A stretch of DNA of 64,000 bases from positions 1 to 64,000 of the forward strand of contig JAATGJ010000156.1 of assembly GCA_015654695.1 (NCBI GenBank), read 5' to 3'. The DNA is from Chitinophagales bacterium. GTDB lineage: Bacteria > Bacteroidota > Bacteroidia > Chitinophagales > Chitinophagaceae. The translations under genes were made by a program, and so were the position numbers. Position 1 is the stretch's first letter. Each line of letters starts with the position of its first letter. This document shows, piece by piece, positions 31,041 to 41,277 of this stretch. Under the pieces are notes generated by a model that saw only the letters and a list, made by a program, of their open reading frames with translations, had not been told where the DNA came from and did not search any database.

Positions 31041-31138
31041 TACACATTGCCACTATTTCGTGATCAGGTAACGGGATGATCTTTCTCATTTTCCCTTTAG
31101 CACATTTTCTCTTAGCTTGCGTCTCAAACTTGTTACAT

Positions 31139-32026
31139 ATGAAAAATGTTTCCGTTATCGGCGCCGGTACTATGGGTAATGGTATTGCCCATGTCTTTGC
31201 ACAGGCAGGGTTCAATGTAAATATTGTAGATGTATCACTCGCCCAGTTAGACAGGGCTATAGGAAATATTAGCAAAAATCTCGACAGGCAGATCGCTAAA
31301 GGCGCCATAACGGAAGAGCAGAAAAAAACTACCCTGTCGAATATCAGCACCCACCCAAACATGGTGGAAGGGGTTATGAAAGCAGACCTTGTAGTAGAAG
31401 CAGCCACCGAAAATGTAGAACTAAAGCTGGAGATATTTGAACAAATAGATTCATTGGTACCAAGAGAAGCGATATTGGCTACGAATACATCTTCTATTTC
31501 CATTACTAAGATAGCTGCGGCCACCAGCCGCGCCAGTAACGTAATAGGTATGCACTTTATGAATCCCGTACCAGTAATGAAACTGGTAGAGATCATTAAC
31601 GGTTATGCTACCAGCAAAGAAGTAACCAATACGATCGTTGAGATCAGCAAGCAACTCGGCAAGACCCCTTGCGTAGTGAATGACTACCCCGGTTTTATCG
31701 CCAACCGTATTTTAATGCCGATGATCAATGAAGCTGTTTACAGTTTGTATGAAGGCGTAGCCGGTGTAGAAGAAATTGATACCGTAATGAAACTTGGTAT
31801 GGCCCATCCAATGGGACCATTACAACTCGCCGATTTTATCGGCCTGGATGTTTGCAATTCTATCTTAAACGTATTGCATGATGGCTTTGGCAATCCGAAA
31901 TATGCTCCGTGTCCCCTATTAGTGAATATGTTGACTGGAGGCAAGCTGGGAGTAAAAAGCGGGGAAAGATTTTATAAGTATGAGGGAGGAAGTAAGGAGT
32001 TGGTGGTGAGTGGGAGGTTTAAGTAA
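31139..32026 (+). CDS. hbd: 3-hydroxybutyryl-CoA / 3-hydroxyacyl-CoA dehydrogenase
   Basis: Rossmann motif VIGAGTMGNGIA and a 3HCDH C-terminal domain. The gene was re-started at MKNVSVIG. Confidence 0.9.
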   Translation: MKNVSVIGAGTMGNGIAHVFAQAGFNVNIVDVSLAQLDRAIGNISKNLDRQIAKGAITEEQKKTTLSNISTHPNMVEGVMKADLVVEAATENVELKLEIFEQIDSLVPREAILATNTSSISITKIAAATSRASNVIGMHFMNPVPVMKLVEIINGYATSKEVTNTIVEISKQLGKTPCVVNDYPGFIANRILMPMINEAVYSLYEGVAGVEEIDTVMKLGMAHPMGPLQLADFIGLDVCNSILNVLHDGFGNPKYAPCPLLVNMLTGGKLGVKSGERFYKYEGGSKELVVSGRFK

Positions 32027-32094
32027 AGAGAACTAATAGTTACAGTACATTTCTATATTTCATAATATTTACAGCAAGAATATCTTTAAGATTA

Positions 32095-32961
32095 ATGATG
32101 CCTTACGAGCTTTCAAATACTCAAAGAAAATTTTTTGGTTTAACAGAAGTAGCAGGTTCCTGGGATAGAAAATTATTAAGTAAAAGCTTAACAGTTTATT
32201 TTAACAAGAATAAAATTGTAAAGATATTAAACTATAGCTATGCCTACCTGGAATACGATACCGATATTGACACTATAAACAGAGAAATACTCCTGCCGAA
32301 AACGACCAGAGGAAAAGAACAAAAACTTACTGTAGCCAGAGTTTCAAAAATAAAAGGTTCTGGAATGCAGTTTTCGGGCTCATTTGAAGGAGGAGGAATT
32401 TCAGTCTATAACAACAAGCGAAATATTTTTCTTACTAGAAGCTATTCAGAAGACGGACAAATATCCAATTATACGGATATAGAAAATTGGGTTAACAAAT
32501 ATATTATAGAAAGCCCGTCTGACTATTTTGAATGGCTGAATGAACAATTAAATAGAAAAAGAGAAAATAATAAAATAACGGCAGGAGATATAATTGCTTT
32601 TCCTGTTGGAAGATTCGAATATGGTTTTGCCAGAATAATAAAGACTGATTTTCTAAGTGAACATATTTTGCTTGATGGCGAAATTTTCAAATCCAACATT
32701 TTTGGAAAGCCGCTTATAATTATACCATACTCGATAATTTCAAAAACATGGGATATAAATTTTGATCAACTTATTAAACAACCAACACTAGGTCCAATAC
32801 AAATTAATGATTCATGTATTTTTTACGGTGAATTTCCGATCGTTTCGTTCAAAGAACTACATAACTCAGATATACCCAAAATCGAATTATCAAAAATTTC
32901 CAGATACTTAACAATACCATATAGCAAAACCGATATACTTCAAAGAAAAAACAAATGGTAA
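32095..32961 (+). CDS. hypothetical protein in an AT-rich islet (possibly an orphan immunity-like protein)
   Basis: 288 aa with no recognisable catalytic motif. Its composition is Asn/Lys/Ile-rich, and local GC is clearly below that of the neighbours. Confidence 0.45.
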   Translation: MMPYELSNTQRKFFGLTEVAGSWDRKLLSKSLTVYFNKNKIVKILNYSYAYLEYDTDIDTINREILLPKTTRGKEQKLTVARVSKIKGSGMQFSGSFEGGGISVYNNKRNIFLTRSYSEDGQISNYTDIENWVNKYIIESPSDYFEWLNEQLNRKRENNKITAGDIIAFPVGRFEYGFARIIKTDFLSEHILLDGEIFKSNIFGKPLIIIPYSIISKTWDINFDQLIKQPTLGPIQINDSCIFYGEFPIVSFKELHNSDIPKIELSKISRYLTIPYSKTDILQRKNKW

Positions 32962-33013
32962 AAATTTGAAAATACTATACGAAACTTCCAGTTTCACATC
33001 ATTAATATGTCCC

Positions 33014-33631
33014 TTATAGCGGCAACTTAACATTCTCTATCACCACACCCTGCATATCTTTAAATTTATACAACACTTCCTCCAGCCTGTTCTTCGGTAC
33101 TGCAATACTCATCCTGCAAAACAACTGCATCTCCTGGCTAAGTACCGTACAATTGCATTGTTTTACAATTGTCATTACATCGTTCATCATAGTATAATCA
33201 AACTGTAAAGAGTAATTGACTTCCACCGGCTTTTGTACAACAGGCGTTACCTGCAAAGCCAATGACGCGGCTGTCTTATACGCATGGATCAGGCCCGGTA
33301 CTCCCAGTAAGGTGCCGCCAAAATAACGTACCACGATGATCAGTACATTTGTTAGCTGTTTGCTGTCTATCTGTCCAAGTATCGGCCTGCCCGCCGATCC
33401 GGATGGTTCACCATCATCACTTACACGATAATTATTTCCGTCAAGATCCAGACGATAAGCAAAACAATGATGGGTAGCTTTAGGATGCTCTTTCTTTATT
33501 TCTGCCAGCCTTTCTTTGAATTGGCTGGTATCAGCAATAGGAAATGTGTAGGCGATGAACTTGCTTCCGCGATCTTTGAATTCAGCTACTGAAGGTTTTT
33601 CGATAGTATTAAAATAGTCAGGGTCGCTCAC
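33014..33631 (-). CDS. yigZ: IMPACT/YigZ family protein
   Basis: 205 aa. The conserved KDRGSKFIAY...HHCFAY...DDGEPSGSAG...VVRYFGG motifs are present. GTG start abutting the ribD stop. Confidence 0.8.
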   Translation of the reverse strand: MSDPDYFNTIEKPSVAEFKDRGSKFIAYTFPIADTSQFKERLAEIKKEHPKATHHCFAYRLDLDGNNYRVSDDGEPSGSAGRPILGQIDSKQLTNVLIIVVRYFGGTLLGVPGLIHAYKTAASLALQVTPVVQKPVEVNYSLQFDYTMMNDVMTIVKQCNCTVLSQEMQLFCRMSIAVPKNRLEEVLYKFKDMQGVVIENVKLPL

Positions 33632-34774
33632 TCAGTTTACGGATTTATATACTTCTATTGTATCTGAAAAGACATTTTGTTTACTGACGATCAATGCTTC
33701 GCTTAATTCCGGAGCAGCTAACCCATTCATAATTCTTAATTCCGGGTTTTTAATTATTCTCGCTTCATCCCATATCCCCTCATCAATAAAAGACTGTAGC
33801 AACTTAGCTCCGCCTTCTACAATCACGCTTTGAATCTTTAATTGGTAAAGTGCATTTACTATCTGATGAACCAAACTCATATCTGCCGTCACTTGGTAAT
33901 ACACCAAATTTTCTTCCTCTTCATGCTTAACGGCATTGAATACAATTGTTTTCACTTTATGATCGAATACTTTCAGGGAAGAAGACAACCGTAAATGCAT
34001 ATCAACCACCAACCGGATCGGGGAACTGCCTTTCCATAACCTTGTTGTCAGTTTCGGATCATCATTCATTGCTGTATTAGTACCCACCAATATTGCCGCT
34101 TCTTCGCTCCGCCATTTATGTACAAGACGATTGGAGTATTCATTACTAATAAACAACCTCGGACTTGCAGACTCTTCGAAAGTCCCCCCTTCGGGGGGAT
34201 TTAGGGGGGGCGCAATTTTTCCATCTCCCGTCTCCGCCCATTTCAAAATAATATAAGGCCGGTGCTTTGTGTGAAATGTGAAGAATCGCTTATTCAGTTC
34301 CTTACATTCATCTTCCAATACACCAACTTCGATCTCCACTCCTGCTGCTTTTAGTTTTTCAATACCTTTTCCATCCACTTCTTTAAACGGATCACGGCAA
34401 CCAATAACAACTTTTGGGATTTTGTACTTAATGATCAGATCAGCGCAGGGAGGGGTTTTACCAAAGTGGGCGCAGGGTTCCAGGGAAACATACAATGCTG
34501 ACTGATGGATATTATCTGCATGACCGTTTGAAATGGCCTGGCTGATAGCATTCACTTCTGCATGGGCTTCTCCGTATTTTTGATGATACCCTTCTCCAAT
34601 TATTAGCCCTTTATATATCAGTACTGCACCCACCATTGGATTAGGTGCTGTGTTACCTGCACCCAGCTTTGCCAGTTGCAGGCAACGATGCATAAAATAT
34701 TCAGCAGTATTGTCGTGAACAGCGGAACTCATGGGTTGCAAAAGTAAATGAATTAAGTTTGCCGTTATGACCAT
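33632..34774 (-). CDS. ribD: bifunctional diaminohydroxyphosphoribosylaminopyrimidine deaminase / 5-amino-6-(5-phosphoribosylamino)uracil reductase
   Basis: CMP/dCMP-deaminase motif HAEVNAI...PCAHFGKTPPC plus a C-terminal RibD reductase domain. It contains an in-frame GC-rich hairpin insertion (see repeat copy 2). Confidence 0.9.
   Translation of the reverse strand: MVITANLIHLLLQPMSSAVHDNTAEYFMHRCLQLAKLGAGNTAPNPMVGAVLIYKGLIIGEGYHQKYGEAHAEVNAISQAISNGHADNIHQSALYVSLEPCAHFGKTPPCADLIIKYKIPKVVIGCRDPFKEVDGKGIEKLKAAGVEIEVGVLEDECKELNKRFFTFHTKHRPYIILKWAETGDGKIAPPLNPPEGGTFEESASPRLFISNEYSNRLVHKWRSEEAAILVGTNTAMNDDPKLTTRLWKGSSPIRLVVDMHLRLSSSLKVFDHKVKTIVFNAVKHEEEENLVYYQVTADMSLVHQIVNALYQLKIQSVIVEGGAKLLQSFIDEGIWDEARIIKNPELRIMNGLAAPELSEALIVSKQNVFSDTIEVYKSVN
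34175..34215. repeat. short GC-rich hairpin repeat element, copy 2 (in-frame inside ribD)
   Basis: cgaaagtCCCCCCttcGGGGGGatttaggggggg. It shares flanks with copy 1 at 2302..2338. On the coding strand it encodes APPLNPPEGGTFEE, an extra Pro/Gly-rich segment in the reductase domain relative to E. coli RibD. Confidence 0.5.
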
Positions 34775-35636
34775 ACAGGAAGCAACTTATTTCTTACTTA
34801 ATAAACTTCGCCCCATCTATCCTGGAGGAGAAGCCGGTCTAATAACGGATTGGGTAATGGAAAATTTGACCGGTTCCAAAAAAGCAGAACGTATGTTATA
34901 TAAAAATGCTGCTATTACCCAAAAAGAAGAACTGCAGTTAAAGGAATTCACTGAAAGGCTGATACAACACGAACCCGTACAATATGTTTTGAACGAAGCC
35001 TGGTTTTACGGATTGAAATTCTATGTTGACAAAAATGTACTGGTACCAAGACCGGAAACAGAGGAACTGGTGGAGTGGGTTATTTCCGGTTGCAAATTGA
35101 CCGTTGACAAACTATTAATACTGGATATTGGCAGTGGCAGCGGCTGTATCCCTATCACCTTAAAAAGAAAACTGCGTAATGCTGAAGTATGGAGTTGTGA
35201 TATAAGTGAAGCGGCAATACAGGTATCCGAAAAAAATGCAACTGCTCTCAGCTCTGAGGTGAATTTTCTCGTGCTTGATTTTTTAGCTGAAGAAAAGACA
35301 AACCAACTTCCTTCTTTCGATATCATCATCAGCAACCCGCCATATATTCCTGAAAAAGACAAAGAACAAATGGAGCCGAATGTATTGAAATATGAGCCAT
35401 ATAGCGCTTTATTTGTACCGGATAATGATGCACTCATCTTTTATAAAGCTATCGCAGACTTTGGAAAAGATCATTTGAACCCGGGAGGGATAATCTATCT
35501 GGAGATGAATGAAAACATGGGCAAAGACATCTCCGACCTGTTTAATTCTAAAGGCTATACAACAGAATTAAAAAAAGACATGCAGCTAAAAGAAAGAATG
35601 CTGAAAGCAAGTATTAACCGGGAGAACACTATTTAG
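34767..35636 (+). CDS. prmC: peptide chain release factor N5-glutamine methyltransferase
   Basis: NPPY motif (IISNPPYIP) and SAM-binding motif DIGSGSGCI. Confidence 0.9.
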   Translation: MTIQEATYFLLNKLRPIYPGGEAGLITDWVMENLTGSKKAERMLYKNAAITQKEELQLKEFTERLIQHEPVQYVLNEAWFYGLKFYVDKNVLVPRPETEELVEWVISGCKLTVDKLLILDIGSGSGCIPITLKRKLRNAEVWSCDISEAAIQVSEKNATALSSEVNFLVLDFLAEEKTNQLPSFDIIISNPPYIPEKDKEQMEPNVLKYEPYSALFVPDNDALIFYKAIADFGKDHLNPGGIIYLEMNENMGKDISDLFNSKGYTTELKKDMQLKERMLKASINRENTI

Positions 35637-35666
35637 AGCTAATCGGTAAATATTGGTAAAAGATTT

Positions 35667-36068
35667 TTACTTCACTGTTGCCACCACCTTAGCCCCTGCC
35701 TTCTTAGACAACCGCATAATACGAAATACTTCGCCATAATAGGCGGCAGTATCCGCATTGATCACCACAGTGGGCGTATCCACGGTGGCCCTGTGTTTTT
35801 CTATCTCGCGGATAAGGAAAGTATCAATATTAATGTGATCTACCTTGCTGGCGCCAATAAAAAAATTCTGCTCTTTATCAATGGATACCATAATATTCTG
35901 TTTTGCTTTCGCGTCTTTCGTACCTCTTGGCAGGCCCACTTTCACTACATTGGGATTGGCCAGTGTCGCCACGATCAAAAAGAACATCAGCAGGATAAAC
36001 AGGATATCATTCAATGAGTCCGTGAACACTTCTGATTCTTCCCCTTTATGTTTTTTTCTGAATTTCAT
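35667..36068 (-). CDS. exbD: biopolymer transporter ExbD/TolR
   Basis: 133 aa with a single N-terminal TM and an ExbD periplasmic domain. Confidence 0.85.
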   Translation of the reverse strand: MKFRKKHKGEESEVFTDSLNDILFILLMFFLIVATLANPNVVKVGLPRGTKDAKAKQNIMVSIDKEQNFFIGASKVDHINIDTFLIREIEKHRATVDTPTVVINADTAAYYGEVFRIMRLSKKAGAKVVATVK

Positions 36069-36121
36069 TGACGGTTAATTAGTTTGTAGTCAAATGGCAT
36101 AAGTTCTTCCAATGCGCCAGT

Positions 36122-36817
36122 TTAACGTGTAGGCTCCTGCAGTACATCCAGGAAATCTGAAGAAGCAGCTTCCATCTTGTTAGCTGTTTTATCAATCTGT
36201 GTATTGAGATAGCTATAGGCCAGGTAAGCGCCCAAACCAATTACCAGTCCCGTAATAGAAGTGATCAGCTTTGTATAAATACCGCCTGCTATAGTTCCTA
36301 CTTCAAACTCGTTGGAAGTAGTGATCCGGGAAAACAACTGCATCAAACCTACCAGCGTACCCACGAATCCAAAGATCGGGGCCGCTTTGGAAACAACGGA
36401 AAGGATACCAAGGTTCTTTTCCAGTTTATACATCTCCAGTGTACCTACATTATCCATGCTTTTCTCAATACTGTCAATCGGTTTGCCAATGCGCTGGATA
36501 CCTTTGTCAATAATACGTGCTACAGGGTTGTTCGTATTCTTGGCAAAACTTCTCGCCGCTGATACATTCCCGCTTACAATATGATCCCGGACAATATTCA
36601 TGAAATTGTTATCAATCCTGGAGGCATTGCGGATGGCAATAGATCTTTCCGCAAAAACATATACAGCCAGCAGCAGCATAATGCCAAGCGGGATCATGAT
36701 CCAGCCTCCCATCATTAACAATTCAAAAAAACTAAGTGAGCCGTCGCCGTTAGCGTCACCGGCCATCTGTTGTGTTACTTTGCTGAGTGAATCAACGATC
36801 TGTAAAAGGTGAAACAT
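36122..36817 (-). CDS. exbB: MotA/TolQ/ExbB proton channel family protein
   Basis: 231 aa with three TM helices and the conserved C-terminal TM motifs of ExbB. Confidence 0.85.
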   Translation of the reverse strand: MFHLLQIVDSLSKVTQQMAGDANGDGSLSFFELLMMGGWIMIPLGIMLLLAVYVFAERSIAIRNASRIDNNFMNIVRDHIVSGNVSAARSFAKNTNNPVARIIDKGIQRIGKPIDSIEKSMDNVGTLEMYKLEKNLGILSVVSKAAPIFGFVGTLVGLMQLFSRITTSNEFEVGTIAGGIYTKLITSITGLVIGLGAYLAYSYLNTQIDKTANKMEAASSDFLDVLQEPTR

Positions 36818-36969
36818 AGATTATTCTTCTTTAGGTGCGTAAATGTAAGGTAAGACGTGTAATTACTTTTTCGATTATTATCAACAGTTCTGAATAACAA
36901 GACCATGAACGAAAAAAATAATGCCACGTTGTACGTGGCATATAAGTTTTTGAGTTCTTTAACAGCCTG

Positions 36970-37938
36970 TTAGCTATCGGCACCTGCATGTTTTACCATC
37001 AGCGCCTGTATCTGCTTCATGGTTTTTTCCATGCCATCAGCGCTGCCATCCAGGAATATCACATTGCCCTTGCCATACTCAGCAAAGTTCTTGACAGCTT
37101 CTGTCCACATGCTGAAGAGGATTACGTTTGTATCCAAGTTGGCCTGTTTCATCTGCTCGGCCGCTTCTGACATACCTTTGGCCACTTCCTGGCGGAAAAG
37201 GGCCACACCCTGGCCGCGTAAACGTGCCGCTTCTTTTTCAGCTTCAGCTGCAATCTTAGTGGCATTACCATCGGCTTCCGCAGATTTTGTTTTGGTGATC
37301 AATAAAGCCTGTCCTTCATTTTCCGCAGCTGCTTTGAGGTTATTACTGGCCACTACCTTGCTCATAGAATCCAATATCACCTTATCAAATGTAATATCGT
37401 TGATCTGCAGATCCTGCAGGTGATAACCCCAGTTTTCCAAAGAATGATCCACCTGTTCTTTTACATATTCAACGATCTCTTTGCGAAGGCCCAGTACTTC
37501 TGCCTGCTTCTTAGTAGCCACAAAAGAACGGATATTACCTTCAATCGTTCTGATCAATGCCTGCATGAGATCACGGTCAGCAATAAATTTAAAAGCTACC
37601 CTTTTGATAGTTTCCTCATCAGCATTCTGAACAGAATACAACAACATGCTTTTGAAGTAAACATTCGCCTGGTCTTGTGTTACGGCCTGGAACTCCAGTT
37701 CCACTGAACGATTTTGTATAGATACTTTTTTAGATACTGTTTCCAGGAGAGGGATTTTCATATTCAAACCCGGGCGAACAATACGGCGGTATTTACCAAA
37801 CATGGTGATAACACCGATATGAGCCTGGTTAATCGTAAAAAAAGATCCGAAGAAAATGATGACCACTATAATGACCCACCAGTAAGAAGAAAAAAACTGT
37901 TCAACATTCATAAAAGAAATTTTTAAATGACTGATCAA
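36970..37938 (-). CDS. SPFH/Band-7 (stomatin/prohibitin-like) membrane protein
   Basis: N-terminal TM, an SPFH core and a C-terminal Ala/Glu-rich coiled coil. An alternative start at MNVEQFF lies 9 codons in. Confidence 0.8.
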   Translation of the reverse strand: MISHLKISFMNVEQFFSSYWWVIIVVIIFFGSFFTINQAHIGVITMFGKYRRIVRPGLNMKIPLLETVSKKVSIQNRSVELEFQAVTQDQANVYFKSMLLYSVQNADEETIKRVAFKFIADRDLMQALIRTIEGNIRSFVATKKQAEVLGLRKEIVEYVKEQVDHSLENWGYHLQDLQINDITFDKVILDSMSKVVASNNLKAAAENEGQALLITKTKSAEADGNATKIAAEAEKEAARLRGQGVALFRQEVAKGMSEAAEQMKQANLDTNVILFSMWTEAVKNFAEYGKGNVIFLDGSADGMEKTMKQIQALMVKHAGADS

Positions 37939-38030
37939 TTATTATTTAGCAAGCTGCACTATTATAACACGCAACTAAGTTCACAAGAGCCGCCAAAGGT
38001 AGGATAAGACAAAATCAAATGAAAAAGATT

Positions 38031-39167
38031 TTATTCCCTGGTATAAACATACAGCTCCACTCTCCGGTTAAGTTGTCTTCCTGCGGCCGTTCCATTATCC
38101 GCCACAGGTATTCTGCCACCCCACCCTCTTGTAATGATGGTTGATCTCTGCAATACCATCCGTTCCCTGATAGCAGCCTCTACCGCCCAGGCACGCTCCT
38201 CCGCCAGCTTTTCGTTTATCTGAACGGTACCCGTAATATCGGTATGACCTTCCACAACAATTGAATCAATCTTTTTGGACCTTAGTTTAAAACAAATAGT
38301 ATCCAGCATCAGGTAACCATCATTTCGCAGTTCCGACTTGGCGGTAGCAAATAATACATCCGGCAGGATCAACGTATCTATCACCACAAATTGGGTAGAA
38401 GGGATAACCACTACAGGCGGATTACTCATATTCTGCCTTACCTTTTGTCGCATGAATTCATGGCGTTCATTCTGTTCATAGATTACCTGTTCATTGATTT
38501 TCCATTCAGGACATATATGTTCATGCGGATCAAGCGGCGTTAATGAAATATCATCCAGGAATACAAAAAAATGTTTCTCCATCCTGATATTCGTTTCACC
38601 TCTTATATCACGGCGTGAAAAATTGGCTACCGCGATAAAAGCTTCGTCTCCTTTCGCCACATAAACCATGGAAACTTTTTGCCAGTTACTGTCTTTGGCG
38701 AATGCTCCCGCGGCAGGCCGGATAAATAAGGAAGGAGTAATATTTTGCAATCTTTTTTGGCCATATAAAAAATCGAAGGAAGTAAACAACACACCTACAC
38801 TATCCAGGATATCATGCGGCGATTTAATATAAAATTCCACACGGTACCGGTGATCTTTACGAAGCCCGCAAAGCAACGGGCTCCTGACAAATGTCCGGTT
38901 AAAATTTTTACCGGTAAACCCCGCTTCTATAGCGAGTAAGTGCTCGCCACCGTGAGCCCTGGTAGCAGATTTGAAATAATTGCTGAAACCATCCCGGTTA
39001 GTGATCCAGCCTTCCGGTGCGCAATTCACCCTATACTCAGTACATGTGTTCTCTTCTTCAAATCCACCATTGACCAATAAGTTTTGGGAAAAAGAAACAA
39101 AAGAAAATAGCAGTAATGTTAATGTGACTAAGAAATTCATTACTAAAGAAACGGTAAGCTGTTTCAT
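38031..39167 (-). CDS. OmpA-family protein
   Basis: Signal peptide. The C-terminal OmpA-like domain (VEGHTDITGT...NEKLAEERA) is present. Confidence 0.8.
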   Translation of the reverse strand: MKQLTVSLVMNFLVTLTLLLFSFVSFSQNLLVNGGFEEENTCTEYRVNCAPEGWITNRDGFSNYFKSATRAHGGEHLLAIEAGFTGKNFNRTFVRSPLLCGLRKDHRYRVEFYIKSPHDILDSVGVLFTSFDFLYGQKRLQNITPSLFIRPAAGAFAKDSNWQKVSMVYVAKGDEAFIAVANFSRRDIRGETNIRMEKHFFVFLDDISLTPLDPHEHICPEWKINEQVIYEQNERHEFMRQKVRQNMSNPPVVVIPSTQFVVIDTLILPDVLFATAKSELRNDGYLMLDTICFKLRSKKIDSIVVEGHTDITGTVQINEKLAEERAWAVEAAIRERMVLQRSTIITRGWGGRIPVADNGTAAGRQLNRRVELYVYTRE

Positions 39168-39256
39168 TGTATTGTTTAACGGGCAAGTGCAAACATAATA
39201 AGGAACATTCCTTTTCTCACGAATACTGTCAGTCCTTCCTGATCATGGTTCAGGCA

Positions 39257-40504
39257 TCAACTTTTCTCTTCCCATATTCCCGCCAAATGCACCATTGTTT
39301 CAACCGCTTTATTCATATCCTGTACACTGATAAATTCTAATTTGGAATGAATTGCCTGTTCGCCCGCAAATAAATTAGGACATGGCAACCCCATAAATGA
39401 AAGCCTGCTGCCATCTGTTCCGCCACGGATGCTTTCTGTTTTTACCGCCAATCCTGTTTTCTCAATAGCCTGTTTTGCATAATCAATAACCTGCGGGTGC
39501 AGGTCCAGTATTTCTTTCATGTTGCGGTATTGCTCCGTAACTATAAATTCAAAAGACACTTTGGGGTATAACCTCACTGTTTCATCCACCATTGTTCTGA
39601 GAAAATCTTCCTTCTTTTTTAAACCCGGTGTTTCGAAATCACGAATGATAAAATCTATCGTACATTTTTCAGCAACACCCTCTATTCTTACCGGGTGAAT
39701 AAAGCCTCTTTTGCCTTCTGTTGATTCAGGAGATAAACGGTCTTTGGGTAAAGCATCGAGTATATGCCCCGCTATCTTCATCGCGTTGATCATCTTATCC
39801 TTTGCATAACCGGGGTGAGAAATAACGCCGTGAATAATTACCTGCACACCATCAGCGCTGAACGTTTCATCTTCTAATGAACCGGCATCTCCGCCATCCA
39901 GTGTGTAACCAAAATCCGCTCCGAGTTTTTCCAGGTCAACTTTCACCGTTCCCTTTCCCACTTCTTCATCAGGAGTAAATAAAATTTTAATCGTACCATG
40001 CTTCACTCCTTTATTGGTCTGTAAAAAATTAGCGAGGTCCATTATTTCGGCTACGCCGGCTTTATCATCTGATCCCAGTAATGTATTCCCGGAAGCCGTG
40101 ATAATATCGTGACCGTTCAGCTTTTTTAAATACGGGTACTCACTCAACCGCAATACCTGTGTTTTATCATCAGGCAATACGATATCCTGTCCCTGGTAGT
40201 TTTTATGAACAATAGGTTTCACATTCGTACCGCTGCAATCCGGCGCAGTATCCACATGTGCGCAAAAACAAATAACCGGAACTTTCTTATCAGTATTGGA
40301 AGGAATAGTAGCGTACACATAACCCGACTCATCTATGTGTGCATCGTCAACGCCCATCTTTTTCAGTTCTTCCGCCAATAGCTTACCCAGGTCCTTTTGT
40401 TTTGCAGTTGTTGGTTGTGAAGAAGACAATGGATCACTTTGCGTATCCACCTGCACATATCGTAAAAATCTCTCTGCAGCGGTAAACTGATAATTTTCAA
40501 ACAT
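39257..40504 (-). CDS. pepT: peptidase T (tripeptide aminopeptidase, M20B)
   Basis: The ERFLRYVQVDTQSD N-terminus, the HVDT motif, the metal-binding D/E/H pattern and the GGTDGS motif are present. The gene was re-started at MFENYQF. Confidence 0.9.
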   Translation of the reverse strand: MFENYQFTAAERFLRYVQVDTQSDPLSSSQPTTAKQKDLGKLLAEELKKMGVDDAHIDESGYVYATIPSNTDKKVPVICFCAHVDTAPDCSGTNVKPIVHKNYQGQDIVLPDDKTQVLRLSEYPYLKKLNGHDIITASGNTLLGSDDKAGVAEIMDLANFLQTNKGVKHGTIKILFTPDEEVGKGTVKVDLEKLGADFGYTLDGGDAGSLEDETFSADGVQVIIHGVISHPGYAKDKMINAMKIAGHILDALPKDRLSPESTEGKRGFIHPVRIEGVAEKCTIDFIIRDFETPGLKKKEDFLRTMVDETVRLYPKVSFEFIVTEQYRNMKEILDLHPQVIDYAKQAIEKTGLAVKTESIRGGTDGSRLSFMGLPCPNLFAGEQAIHSKLEFISVQDMNKAVETMVHLAGIWEEKS

Positions 40505-40618
40505 ATCTACACTTTTGGGACATCGAATATACGACTTAATGCACATTGGTGCATTTATAAGGTTTGCAAAAAACAGGGAATATTTTTACCTTTTCCATTC
40601 AACTAAAACCAACTAGGT

Positions 40619-41170
40619 ATGAAAAAATGGTTAATTGGCTCTTTACTCGGAGCGATCCTTGTCTTTTTATGGCAATTTCTTTCGTGGACTATGCTTGGCA
40701 TTCATGATGGTGAAGCTAAGTACACACCGGCGCAGGACAGCATTATGAGCTATCTTTCTTCGGTGATCAAAGAAGATGGTATGTATATGCTGCCAACAGT
40801 GCCACCCGGCTCATCCATGAAGGATGGAGAAGCATTGGCAGAAAAAATGAACGGGAAGCCTTTTGCTACTGTCGTTTACAAAAGCTCGTATGTACGTAGC
40901 ATGACCAAACCTATGATCCGCGGCTTCCTGGTTGATCTGTTCCTTGTGTTTTCTCTTATTTATATTTTAACCCGTGGCGGCACACCAAAAGCCATGAGAA
41001 TTGTAGCGGGTTCAGTCGCGGTTGGTTTATTCACTTTTTTGGTGGGGCCATATACAGCACATAACTGGTTCCAGGTTCCCATGGAAGCTATAACAGGTCA
41101 TTTGATTGATGCTATAGTTGCATGGGGATTGGTGGGTGTCTGGCTCGGATGGTGGCTGAACAGAAAATAG
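40619..41170 (+). CDS. hypothetical membrane protein
   Basis: 183 aa with four predicted TM helices and no recognised motif. Confidence 0.5.
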   Translation: MKKWLIGSLLGAILVFLWQFLSWTMLGIHDGEAKYTPAQDSIMSYLSSVIKEDGMYMLPTVPPGSSMKDGEALAEKMNGKPFATVVYKSSYVRSMTKPMIRGFLVDLFLVFSLIYILTRGGTPKAMRIVAGSVAVGLFTFLVGPYTAHNWFQVPMEAITGHLIDAIVAWGLVGVWLGWWLNRK

Positions 41171-41277
41171 TAACGAGAAGAAATAAGCAATTGGCAATAA
41201 GCAAACGGTTCATGACAGTATTAGTACCAGGATTGCTTTGAGTTTTTTATTATTGCCAATTGCCTGTTACCAATTAT

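Noticed and set aside
31018-31596. 192-aa minus-strand ORF
   Set aside because: It is antisense to hbd, a shadow ORF of the high-coding-potential hbd frame.
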